Source of the DNA: Eledone cirrhosa
Lineage: Eukaryota
Length of the DNA stretch: 64,000 nt
Direction: 5' to 3'
Assembly: GCA_964016885.1 (NCBI GenBank)
Contig: OZ024743.1
Location: forward strand, 377,642,001-377,706,000
In this document: in pieces, positions 50,032 through 61,860 of the stretch
Position numbering within the stretch: position 1 is the stretch's first letter
Layout: each line of letters opens with the position of its first letter
Position numbers and translations under genes: made by a program
Notes under the pieces: model-generated
The model's database searches: none
The model's input: only the letters and a program-made list of their open reading frames with translations
Told to the model about the DNA's origin: nothing

Positions 50032-50400
50032 TTAAATCCTATCATGACTAAGAAATTTTTGTCTGTAATGTTCTGGGGCATTAGAGTCTTCTGGATTTCT
50101 GAAGAATCTGCTCTTCCAGGATACCCCAGAGGCACAACTCTTCAATAGATAAAAAAAGACAACTTCACCTTTCAAATGAGGTCTTTCAGAGCTAACAAAA
50201 CATAAGAGACTTGATTATATTGCACTTATAAAATTAAGGAACCGGTGAGTTATTTTATTAAATTCCTTCAAATATTTGATTATTTTCAAAATTATTTAAG
50301 GTCACATAGGTAGTATATTTCATAAGAAATGTGGTAATGAAACAGTTAAAATATAAAATTGTTAAAACTACACAAATGAATAATGGGTTTGTATGTAAGA

Positions 50401-52158
50401 TCATCATCATCAACGTTTAACGTCCGTGTTCCACGCTTGCATGGGTTTGGACGGGGGTTTTCCCACTTGAGGCAAGAGTGTTTGTCTTGCTCGCATAGGA
50501 CTATCTGGCGGGTTTTCTACAGCTGGATGCCCTTCCTAACACCAACCACATTTACAGTGTGGGGCTGGGAGGTTTTTACCGTGTTGCCTACACGACCACA
50601 TTACAGCGTGGACTGTGTCTACACGATCTCATTTGTTTCGGCCTGGATGTTGTGGCACCAACATAACTTTACATTGAAGGGGGCGGTGTGGATGGGGGTG
50701 GGGGGTGGGGTGGGTTATTTTGTTAGAGATGCCTACTGGCTGTAATAGGTTTTACTTTGTATTTAGGTAAGGCGGGTCTTCTCTATTACTGAGTACCGCC
50801 AAAGGTCTCGGTCCAGTGACATTGTCTTGGAGAGGTGTAAGTGTGTGAGGTCAGAATTTATCAGCTCGTCCCAGGTTTTTCTGGGTCTGCCTACTCCGTA
50901 GCTACGTCTATCTTTATTGCCCTGCACTTTGTTATACAGCTGTCGTCTTTCATGCGCATCACGTGACCATACCAACGTAGCCTTCTCTCGAGTAAACAAC
51001 ATCTGATCCCTCTTATTTCTAATTTTTTCCTTAGTTCGCTTATGCTTTGCGTTCACGTATGTTACTATTACACATCCAGCGGAGCATGCAAGCTTCATTC
51101 CTCTCTAGTCTGCGTATATCTTCTGCACACAATGCCCAGGTCTCACTGCCATGCAACATTGCTGTTCGTATGCAGGCATCATACAGCCTGCCTTTCATTC
51201 TTAGGGAGAACCCTTTAGCGGCTAATAGTGGTATAAGCTCTCTGAACTTTTTCCAACCAGTTCTGACTCTAGCTACAGTACTTTCAGAGCACCCCCCCCC
51301 CCCCCCCCCACTGCTGATTTTGTCACCCAGGTAACGGAAGCTGTCCACTATTTCTATAGAACCCTCTGCGCAATTGAAAGAGCTAGTATTTTGTGGGCAC
51401 TTGCTGCTACTTATTGCACCAGAGCACCGGCCACATGTAAAATCTATGTTCTTAGTTAGCTTACCTGTGATCCCACTACATCTTTTATGCACCCATACTT
51501 TGCATTTGGGACATAAAATGGAGTTTCTACCTACGCCTTTCCTACACACCGAGCACGACCATTTCCCAGAAGGGACCGCCGCCTTATTTTCTTTCCTACA
51601 AACTAGAACTTTAGTCTTAGCCAGGTTAATTTTAAGGCCTTTTGATTCTAGGCCATGCTTCCATGTTTGGAATTTCTTCTCTAGCTCGGCTATTGATTCA
51701 GCTATGAGCGTTAGATCATCTGCGTATAGGAGTTCCCATGGGCAGCCGGTCTTGAACTCCTCTGTTATAGCCTGAAGGGCAATAATAAATAGGAGGGGGG
51801 TAAGAACAGAGCCCTGATGGACACCAACTTTTACGCTAAACTCTTCACTATATTCGTTGTTAATTCTAACCTTGCTCACTGTTTCTTTATACATGGCTTG
51901 TATAGCTCTGACAAGCCATTCGTCAACACCTAGTTTTCTAAGAGCCCACCAGATAATGGAACGGGGGACTCTGTCGAAGGCTTTCTCCAAGTCAGCAAAA
52001 GCTAAGTATAGGGGTTTACTTTTAGCTAGGTACTTCTCCTGTAGTTGTCGTACAATGAAAAGAGCGTCTGTGGTACTTTTGCCTGACACAAACCCGAACT
52101 GCATTTCATCTAGATCAATTCTCTCTCTGATTAGTTGCGCTATTACTTTTTCCGTGAT
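50401..52158 (-). mobile_element. 5'-truncated RTE LINE (subfamily B), longest copy in the window
   Basis: RT motifs, C-terminal ORF, 3'UTR and (GAT)n tail at 50401-50411. Confidence 0.95.
50763..52158 (-). pseudogene. Truncated RTE reverse transcriptase with a PHD-like finger; frameshift near 51050
   Basis: QFGF..STTDA, DLEKAFDRVPR, GVHQGSVLTPLLF, LLYADDL, GLKINLAKTK, then CSVC..CPKC..WVHKRC..CGRC and FRYLGD; 1-nt deletion relative to the 16882 copy (ERKA* versus ERQSINEL). Confidence 0.9.
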
Positions 52159-52234
52159 GTCAATATTATTGTTCATCTCCATTCAAAGCTTCCACTACCC
52201 AGGGTTTGATGGTGGTGTTTGCTAGTCAATGTGT

Positions 52235-52456
52235 TTAACCCTTTTGTTATCAACCCAGCCAAAACCGGCTCTGGTTCTATGAAATAAAACCACCCATTTT
52301 AAATTCAAGTCTTCCAACATAATTTTATACAAGAACCCTACATTAAGTTACTATCTTAGTAATGAAATAATTAATAATCTTAGTAAATCCCTGAAAATTC
52401 TTCATTAATTAATTAAAATAGAGTATTTCATTAAAAATGCAGTCATGAAAGGTTAA
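52235..52456 (+). mobile_element. MITE family 2, full-length copy with a visible empty-site paralogue
   Basis: TTAAcccttttgttatca ... gcagtcatgaaaggTTAA; joined flanks gtcaatgtgtttaacttcatagtaat match gtcaatgtgttcaacttcataataat at 52569-52594. Confidence 0.8.
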
Positions 52457-52594
52457 CTTCATAGTAATAGGTGTGAAGTATATCATTTCCAAGCTTCTCA
52501 CTACCTAACTCGAGTTAAGTTGACTGGGATGTTTCTCATTACAGAGGGCTTGATGGTGTTGTTTGCCAGTCAATGTGTTCAACTTCATAATAAT

Positions 52595-52769
52595 TGTTTC
52601 TACTTTTGGCACAAGGCCAGCAATTATCCCAGTGCATTACTGGTGCTTTATTTTATCGACCTCGTAAGGATGAAAGGCAAAGTTAATCTCGGTGGGATTT
52701 GAACTCAGACCGAAAAGGGACGTAACTGTGCTGCAAAGCATGGCGTACAACTACCGATACTGCCAATGC
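52595..52769 (-). mobile_element. Full-length tRNA-derived SINE with a 15-bp TSD
   Basis: caacttcataataat at 52580-52594 and 52770-52784; B-box as ggatttgaactc. Confidence 0.88.
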
Positions 52770-53254
52770 CAACTTCATAATAATAGATGTGAACTATATC
52801 CACCTGGATATAAAACACAAAGTAATGTGGATAGATGGATGTTGTATATATATACAAATGAGCTTGTAACTGGTGGTGGCATTATATAGGTATTGTAGTG
52901 TTTCTTGGGCATTTTAAACCTGGCAGAGCCCATCCCTTCTCCAGGTCTGGTCTGGACACAGCCACATTTTTCCAGAGTATGGGGTGAAAGTGATAGAGAG
53001 GAAGTGAGAAAGATATATGGATAGAGGAAGAATTGACTCCAGAACTGGACTGGTACGTTATCAACCTGGAAAGGATAAAAGACCAAAGTTGACCTTGGCA
53101 GGAACAAATACCACAAAGCATTCTATCCAACATTCTAATGGCTCAATGTATGTTAGGAATCACTAAGAAGAAATTGTTAAAGGATAAGGGAACAACAAAA
53201 GTACAAGACATCGGAACAAATTGAGAGAATCAGTAACACCAGTAGCTAATACTA

Positions 53255-53290
<36 letters not shown>

Positions 53291-53331
53291 GTACATATAT
53301 ACATATATATATATACACATGCACACACATT

Positions 53332-53910
53332 ATCATTGTTGTTTTAATGTCCACTGTCCCTGCTAGCAAACGTTGGACAGGTCCATACAAACATGGTCAG
53401 TACTGAAGCAGAACCATTGATCACCCAGGGAGGCCAGGGACCTATGCACTTATGTACGGTCTCATATTTCAATGAGTGTTCAGGAGAAGTTGTCATGTCC
53501 TTGACATGTCTCAAGGGTCCTCACCAACCCTTTTTCTGACAAGTTTAGTCATTTCTGTTGTAAGGTTTAGCTTTCTGAGGCCAGCCCTTACAACCTTATC
53601 CCATGTCTTCCTGGATTTGCCTCATCCACAGGGGTTTCTCTGCATTTCTTTATGCAGCTGCTATCTTCCATGCGCATCACATGTCCATACCAACGCAGTC
53701 TTCTCTCACACTACAACCAATTTCCTTTTATGTCAAGTGTTTCTCTCAGCTTGCTTACGTTATGTCACTCATGCACACTAACATTGCACATCCATCGGAG
53801 AATACTCGACTCATTTCTTTCTAGCCTCTGCATGTCTTCTGCAGTCAAGGCCCATGTTTCACTGCCATGTAACATTGCAGTTCGCACACAGGCACCATAC
53901 AGTCTACCCA
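53332..53910 (-). mobile_element. Older RTE 3' fragment
   Basis: Minus strand GRLYGACVRTAMLHGSETWALTAEDMQRLERNE and RRLRWYGHVMR, with frameshifts. Confidence 0.85.
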
Positions 53911-55453
53911 TCACTGAGACATATCAATATATACACACACACACATACAAATACATACATACACACATATATACATACATATATATATATACACACTCAC
54001 ACATATATATATACACATAATGTACATCTAGTTTAGAATAGGTACACCATATCCCTGCATGTCATAAGCAATTAAAAGGGTTAGTCTTAGGAAGGGTACC
54101 CAGTTGTAAAACATTGCCTCAAAAAGTCCTGTCCAACTCATGTCAGCATGGAAAAGTTGATGTAAAAATGAAAAGTTTAATGGTGTCACATGAATAAATA
54201 GAATACAAAGTTTTTGCCTTACAGTAGGCAGATGGTGGTGATGATTAACAAGTATTAAACCAATAAAAACTCACAAGGGTACAGAGAATAAATATTGTAA
54301 AACCAATAATGGAATTAACAAGGAATATAAATAAGATAGATTAGAAAAATGATTCCCAAATGGTGTAAGTTTACAAAATCAAGGCATAAATATTCTTATC
54401 CTAGCAGGAAAACAGTCTGACCCTTTCCTTCTTTGGCCACTTATTCCTGAGAGGGTTGTGGGGCAGAGTCTTCAGGCACACCTTCCAAAAAGTTCTATCA
54501 AAAGTAACTTTCTCCAACAGCCAAAAATATATAAAATGTATAGGACAGTTAAGCTGCATGGCTTAGTGATCAGGTAGTTGGTCTCACAATCATAAGATTG
54601 TGGATCCATCTCCAGACTTAGCAACATATGTTCTTGAGCAAGGTACTTAATTCCACATTACCCCAGTCCACTCAAGCAAAAATGATTACCAGCAGCAGCA
54701 GCAGCAAGGGTTAACCTTGTAAGAGACAAATGTCCTGTCTAGAAAAGAAGAGGGTTTTCTTGTATTTTTAGTTGTTTAAAACCACATAAAACCAGGATAC
54801 ACTCCAGCTTCTCTAATTTATAACTAAAAGGGTTGGTGTCAGGAAGGGCATCCAGCTGTAAAACATTTCCTCAACAAGTCCTAACCAACCCATGCTAGCA
54901 TAGAAAAGTTGACGCAAAAACAATGATGATGATGGTTAGAGCATCGCACAAAATTCCTGGCAGCATTTATTCCAGCTCTTTGCGTTTTGAGTTCAAAGCC
55001 CACCCAGGTCAACTTTACCTTTCGAGGTCAATAAATACATAACCAGTCTAGCGGAATGTGGAGTGGTGGAATCAGAGTGCCAGATAGGATGTTTTTGTGG
55101 TGTTTGTTCCAGTCCTTTGTATTCTGAGTTCAAATCCTGTTATGGACTACCAGCCACAATAGAAGGGACTGGAAATCCTACCATGTACATACCAAGCGAT
55201 CTGTGATATTCAATCTGTTGAGAACAGCAGATATCATGATGATGGGTTTTCTGATTTGAACCATGAAATGCATTCATTTGTTAATATACTATGGAAAAGG
55301 AAACAAAAATTAACAGTCTAAACAGAGAAAATAAAATAATGGCTTAATGACATGAGTGTGCCATGAAGGCGTGTTTAGGGAGTTGTTGAGGAAAGAGCTA
55401 ACAATAGGGAGAAAGAATTAAAATAAAAAATACTGTTGGTAAAGGTTAATGAT

Positions 55454-55613
55454 TTAACCCTTTAACATTTACATTACTCTATATATACTATTGTATTTTC
55501 ACGGTAAATGCTTTATCTCATCATTGTCTCATTAAATCTATGAGATTTTGATATTTATTTTGAGAACAATACCTTAACATAAGTTACAGTCGGTTTAAAT
55601 GGTAAAGAGTTAA
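55454..55613 (-). mobile_element. MITE family 1, internally deleted copy
   Basis: TTAAccctttaacatttacattactctatat ... taaatggtaaagagTTAA. Confidence 0.8.
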
Positions 55614-56114
55614 TTATACTGTTTAGCCAGGGAGGGTGTAGTGACCATGACCCTTTCCAAGGCCTGCAAGACTAGTGAGGAGGAAGGGAGGGAGTGAAGG
55701 AGTTATCCTCAAACTGGAGACCTAGCCTGAGTGCTCTTGCAACAGAGTGGACTCCACTAAAAACATCTGAGGGACCAGGTGGTGGTATTTTTACCAGGTA
55801 ACTGATTTAAGTTCTCCACCGAGGTAAATTACAACTGGCTTTGATCTCAGAATACAAATAACCAAAACAAATACAGCAAAACATCATAGTTGTCACTCCA
55901 ACAACCACCCTGGGCTTCTAGATTACTTCATTGACCCTCAAATAATACATAGGGTTTGAAGTCATACAAGGATGTTAAGGCCATTGTCCCTACTAAAACA
56001 GCCTTGTGAGTCCCATAACAGATATAATATTCATTAGGGAGTAATTTTTGAGGCAATGTTTTACAGTTAGAAGCTCTTCTCAGCACCAATGGTTTCAGTC
56101 ACTTTTTACAAGGT

Positions 56115-56410
56115 GTGTTGCTCAGTGGTTAAGGAGTTTGGCTCACAATTGTAAGGCCAGGAGTTCAGTTCCCGACAGCACATTGTGTCCTTGAGCAAGG
56201 CCCCTTATTTTATATTACTTCAGTTGACTCAGCTGGTAAAAATGAGTCGTACCTGTAATTTAAAGGGCCAGCCTTGTTACACACTGTCACACTAAATATC
56301 TCTCAGAATGATGTTAAAAAGCACACATCTGTGGAATGTCCAGTCACTAGTATGTGTAATTTCATGAACAGGCTGTTCCATTGATCAAATCAACAGGAAT
56401 ATGCTGTCAA
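56115..56410 (+). mobile_element. tRNA-derived SINE (CORE-like, long body)
   Basis: ttgctcagtggttaagg..ggagttcagttccc..tccttgagcaagg..actcagctggtaaaaatgagt..cctgtaatttaaagggccagcc. Confidence 0.75.
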
Positions 56411-56421
56411 AATCAATGGAC

Positions 56422-56790
56422 GGCCAACACACAATATACAGTGTACCTATAAATGGCAGGCCAACATACAGTGTACCTATTGATGGAGGGCCAACATACA
56501 GTGTACCTATTGATGGCAGGCCAACATACAGTGTACCTATAAATGGAGGGCCAACATACAGTGTACTTAAAGATGAAGGGTCAACAGCATACAGTGTACC
56601 TAAAGATGGAGGGTCAACAGCATACAGAGTACCTCTAGATGGGGGGGGGCAACAACATACAGTGTACCTACAGATGGAGGGCAAACACATACAAGCAACA
56701 GTGTACCTAAAGATTGAGGGTAAACACACGACATACAGTGTACCTAAAGATGTAGGACCACAACATACAGTACCTATTTCAAAGCAAATA
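56422..56790. repeat. 30-bp minisatellite, about 11 copies, degenerating rightwards
   Basis: ccaacatacagtgtacctat(t/a)(g/a)atgg(a/c)(g/a)gg at 56461, 56491, 56521 and 56551. Confidence 0.9.
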
Positions 56791-58117
56791 CCCACAGTAC
56801 AATGGTGAACTCATACTACTAATTAACATAACATTGACAGACACACAAAATATAAAGTTAAGTAAGTTAAAAACTGTAGGAATAACTCATAAAATATATT
56901 AGTTATAAGAACTAATAACTGAACAGCAATGTAGTTGTGCTGGAATGGCACAGTAGAAAGAAACTGTTGGGGGGACTGGACACGAGAAGGTCTTCTGTGA
57001 AAAACCCCCTTCAAAGGAAAGTGTTCTGTCCTTAAAATAGTATTTACAAGACACACAAAAGACAAAGTTAAGCATGTTAAAAATTCTATATTGTAGTATA
57101 AAATATGTTAGTAATTCGAATATGTTCAGTTCAACAAGTATGTGATTGAGCTCAAATGACAAGAATTAAGTAGGATCAATAAATTATGAATGGTGCAACT
57201 AGAAAAGAAAAGAAAGAAAAAAGTGTAATGTCATTTGATGCAGTATGTGAAGAACCAACATTTCCAGTTATATATTATATTGATAGACAGAGAATTGGCA
57301 GTCATAAGAATATCGGACAAAATGCTTTGCAGTATTAGTTCTGGTTAATTGCACTCTGAGTTTAAACCCCTCCAAGGTCAACTTTGCCTTTCATCCTTTT
57401 GAGGTTGATAAAAAAAAGTACCAGCACTGTACTGGGTCTATTCTTCCTCTATATCTCTTTCTCATTTTCTCTCTATCACTCTCTCTCTCCTTCATTAAAA
57501 GAAATTGGGTGTGTTCAGATTTGGAGAGAGGATGAGGACCACCAAGTATCGAAGTGCCCAAGATGAAACCTCTATGACTCCATCAGAAGTTACAGGCCTA
57601 TACACACATACATACTTTATATTGATACTAGTAAACCAGTTCCATCAATGTTTAATTTTGACAAGGTCAGTAATTTGGAAAGAAGGAAAAGTTGAGGAAA
57701 TCAACTCCAGTACTGGTACTTTGTTTTATCCACCCTGGAAGAATAAAATCAACTTCACTGAGGTCTTCTTGCCAATCAACAGCTTGATGTCAATAATAGT
57801 AATATAGGTACAAAACCACTTATTCAACAGGAGGGGTGTGGTCAATTAAATCAAACCCAACACATAACTGGTATTTTAACACTGGGAAGACAAAATGTAA
57901 AGTCAACCTCAATGGTAATAGAACTCAGAATGTAAAGAGCCAAAACAAATTATACAGAGCATTTGTCTGACACTATATAGCGATGATAGTAATTAATATT
58001 TTAGTCCACAATTGGTATACCATATGAACTTGGATTAGCAGATATATGAATAATCAAATGGGGAAATTTGTGTTTTGATAAATTAGTGATTTCCAAAAGA
58101 TTTTTTTTTAATAAAGA

Positions 58118-58336
58118 ATTGCTGGACAGATTTTACAGGCAAAACCAACCGGCAGGAGACCCAGGAGTAGACCCCAAGCAAGATGGTTGGATAACATCCA
58201 TGAGCTTGGCTGGTTTCACTTGGGGATCCAGCCAGATCAGTTGGAGACGGTTGCTTCTGACAGGACCAGCTGGAAGGAGTGTTTGAGGACTCTACCCCCA
58301 TGACCCTCTCAGGAATAAGCGGGTGAAGAAGAAGCA
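58118..58336 (+). mobile_element. Rex3/Expander-like RTE 3' fragment with a (GAA)n tail
   Basis: ILQAKPTGRRPRSRPQARWLDNIHELGWFHLGIQPDQLETVASDRTSWKECLRTLPP*; ends gggtgaagaagaag. Confidence 0.8.
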
Positions 58337-58764
58337 AAAGATAAAACCCTATTGTTTATGTTGATTACTAAATACATGGAAGCTATGAAAGGTTTAAATT
58401 ATATTTGAACAATCTATTTCTAGGATATAATTACATATATATATACAGCATATATGTAAAAATGACAGGATTAAATGTATAAGTAACATTGGAGAAATAA
58501 CTATTTACAGGGAGAAATGTAGAGTTAGAAGCCAAGACCATTTGACCAGAAAGTGAACTTATTGTAACACCATAATTAAGATAGGACAATGTGCATGTGT
58601 GTGTAAATTTTAAGTTACAGATGAAAATCATCACAAGTGAAACTTTTGGTCAGGGGATGTTTTAGCTGTGTCGAAGACAAGACAACCTCCCTAGTTTAAG
58701 TGCCACAATAAAATGCACTCGGTAGAGTGCAGGAATGTAAGCAAGCAAGGTCAGTAGCTCTGCT

Positions 58765-59202
58765 TGTCACCGTTTAACGTCCATTTTCCATGCGAGCATG
58801 GATTAGACAAGCCAGATCCGATGGCCATGTCTTTCTCATACAGAACTTATTTTGGCTTGGTTTCTACAACTGCCAACCACATTTACAGTGTGGACTGGGT
58901 GCTTTTTGTTGACACCTACATGACCACTTTACAGTGTGGACTGGGTGCTTTTTGTTGACACCTACATGACCACTTTACAGTGTGGACTGGGTGCTTTTTG
59001 TCATGACACCTACATGACCACTTTACAGTGTGGACTGGGTGCTTTTTGTCATGACACCTATATGACCACTTTACAGTGTGGACTGGGTGCTTTTTGTCAT
59101 GACACCTACATGACCACTTTACAGTGTGGACTGGGTGCTTTTTGTCATGACACCTATATGACCACTTTACAGCGTGAACTGAGCGCTCTTTGTTGTGACA
59201 CC
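58765..59202 (-). repeat. RTE 3' tail with its 46-48 bp 3'UTR module expanded to about 7 tandem copies
   Basis: gacacctacatgaccactttacagtgtggactgggtgctttttgtcat at 58911, 58957, 59005, 59053, 59101, 59149 and 59197; RTE terminus cgtttaacgtccattttccatgc at 58771. Confidence 0.88.
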
Positions 59203-59674
59203 AGTAGATAGTAGGAATTAGCAAATATATAATATAGAAGGAATCAATTGTAAAAGGAGAGAGAGAAGAGATAGGGATAGGGATAATTATAGAGAAGGGG
59301 TTACTCTGTCAAATGAAGTAACCTCACAAAGTTTAAAACTTAAAAAATTCCAACAAAATTGAGTTTTCTGAAGTAGAACTGAAATAGAAACACACACCTG
59401 CAAACAATACACAAAATAGCTATCTACGCACATAGACATAAATATACCTGCAGGTATCTACACATACAAACATACCTCCTTTAAATAGTAATAAATAAAT
59501 GTGTATGTCAAGTTCAATCAAGGGTAACTACAATAAGTAAAGTACTCAATTCATAGAGTATAAATATTTAATATAGAAATGGCTTCTACAGGACTAGAAC
59601 CGTTTCATTCGAAGGGGTGTGTGTGTGTGTGAGTGTATATATACACACACACAAATATACCTGCAAGTGATTGT

Positions 59675-59865
59675 TCTGGTAACAACAAAAAGCACCCAGT
59701 CCACACTGTATCGCTGTTAGGAAGGGCATCCAGCCGCAGAAACCAAACCAAAATGCAGATCCATATGAGTGGGACATGGTCTCCACACACGATTTGTCTC
59801 GTAATGCGACAACCCATCTAACCCATGCAAGTGTGGAAAAATAGACGTATGATGATGATGATGAT
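59675..59865 (+). mobile_element. RTE-type 3' tail
   Basis: aaaagcacccagtccacactgta..gttaggaagggcatccagccgcagaaa..taacccatgcaagtgtggaaaa..gatgatgatgatgat. Confidence 0.75.
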
Positions 59866-60077
59866 ATATACCTATACACACACAAGCAATACACATACAT
59901 TAACACACACACACGCACAAACATACCTGCAAAATACACACACACTATCAGGTATAACTCCCATCTGCAATTGTTCCTCCTATATATAGCACCTCCCCAT
60001 CATAAGTTATCAAAATGACAAAAACATCCACTAACATGGCAAAATCAAAACACCAACAACACTAACTCTGTAATAGT

Positions 60078-60264
60078 TTAACCCTTTAGCATTTAAACCA
60101 GCCATATCCGGCCAGAATTCTCACCTCTTTCTGCTCATACTGACGTTAAGGTATTGTTCTCAAAATAAATCTTATCAAAATCTCATAGATTTAATATTAT
60201 GTGAGAATGTGTTTATTGTGAAAATACAATAGTAAATATAGAGTATCGTAAATGTTAAAGGGTT
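60078..60264 (+). mobile_element. MITE family 1 copy
   Basis: TTAAccctttagcatttaaacc ... gtaaatgttaaagggtt. Confidence 0.8.
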
Positions 60265-60685
60265 CTAACCCATGCTTCCGGCTAACCCATGGATGTTAAA
60301 TGATGATGATGATGATAATGAAAAATATCTAAAAATAGGTTAATACAAAGTTTATAGTAACTCTACTAGTGAACAAATCACAGGGAAAATTTGCAGCAAA
60401 ATTAAATAAAGATTTCAATTTGTAATGTGATGCTGGAATGGTATTGTTTTGTATGTTTAAAGAATGTCTTGCTAATGTGGTTTTTTTATAGTGTCTTTAC
60501 TAGTCAATATTGTGATAATATGTAGCACTAAAGACTGATATTTAATGTAATACAGTCATAGTGCTGTTTCATACTTTTCTAGAATGTCTTGCTAATGTGG
60601 TTTATTCATTCAAATGTTTATAGTATCTTTATTAGTAGACAGATCATCGTAAAAATTTGCTGTAAACTGAAGTATAGACTGGTCT

Positions 60686-61050
60686 TTAACTCTTTAGCAT
60701 TTAAACCAGCTATATCCAGTCAAAATTCTCTCAGCTCTTTCTGTTCAGCCATAACTGGTCACTCATACTGATGTTAAGGTATTGTTCTCAAAATAAATAA
60801 TTGTTTCTACTTTTGGCACAAAGCCAGCAATTATCACAGTGTATTACTGATACTTTATTTTATCAACCCTGTATGGATCAAAGTTAACATCGGCGGGATT
60901 TGAACTCAGAAAGTAATGGACCATAACTATGCTGCAAAGCATGACGTCCAACCCTCTACCGATACTGCCAATCCTCCTTTCTCAAAATAGATATGAAAAT
61001 CTCAGATTCGATATTATGTGAGATAAAGCCTCTACTATGAAAATATAGAA
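60686..61050 (+). mobile_element. MITE family 1 copy interrupted by a SINE
   Basis: TTAActctttagcattta...ttctcaaaataaata [SINE] ttctcaaaatagata...gataaagcc. Confidence 0.75.
60800..60978 (-). mobile_element. tRNA-derived SINE with a 15-bp TSD (1 mismatch)
   Basis: TSD at 60785-60799 and 60979-60993; similar to 52595-52769. Confidence 0.85.
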
Positions 61051-61329
61051 TAATGTGATGCAGTCATAGTGCTGTTTAGTGCTTTTCAAAAACGTCTTGC
61101 TAATGTGGTTTGATTAATTCAAATGTCTATAGTATCTTTATTAGTTGACAGATTGTTGTGAAAATTTGTAACATTAAAAACTTGTTTTTAGTTTCCATAG
61201 TGCTATTTTGTACTTTTTAAGAATGTCTTGCTAATGTAGTTTTATGTGTTACACAGAATAGCAACACTTTAATGTAGGATGCACCAATAGTGACGTCTGA
61301 AAGATTGTGACTTGCTGCCTAAACTATAC

Positions 61330-61860
61330 CTCCTGAGTGAGAAGACAATGTAAGTGACAGTATTTCAGTGTCAAAGGTGCATAGAAATGGCAATCACAAT
61401 TTTCAAAAAAGGAGACAAAAGGGACTGCTCCAATTATGGTCATGAATCTTGTGTAATTACTGAAAGAATACAATTGCAAATACAAGCAACCGAAATGGGT
61501 TCTTCTGAAGGACCTTTGGAGTAATGTTACTCGATAGTGTAGCTAAGATCAGACAATTGCTCCAAGTAGAGCCACACTTCTTCAAATTGAGAGATCATAG
61601 CTCCAATACTATGGACATGTAGTTAGAATGTCTCAGGAAAGAATCACCGGACAGATTTTACGGGCAAAACCAACTGACAGGAGACCCAGGAGTAGACCCC
61701 AAGAAAGATGGTTGGATAACATCCATGAGCTTGGTTGGTCTCACTTGGGGACCCAGCTGGATCAGTTGGAGATGGTTGCTTCTGACAGGACCTGCTAGAA
61801 GGTGTGCATGAGGAATTTGCTCCCACAAGTCGCTCAGAAATAAGTGGGCAAAGAAGGTGA
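61330..61860 (+). mobile_element. Internally deleted Rex3/Expander-like RTE
   Basis: IFKKGDKRDCSNY (pre-RT motif) followed within ~50 bp by QATEM..LLQVEP..LQYYGHVVRMSQER..RPRSRPQERW; the RT core is missing. Confidence 0.7.

Noticed and set aside
51040-52182. 380-aa ORF as a functional gene
   Set aside because: 5'-truncated LINE lacking the endonuclease; the start codon comes from flanking DNA and a frameshift removes the C-terminus
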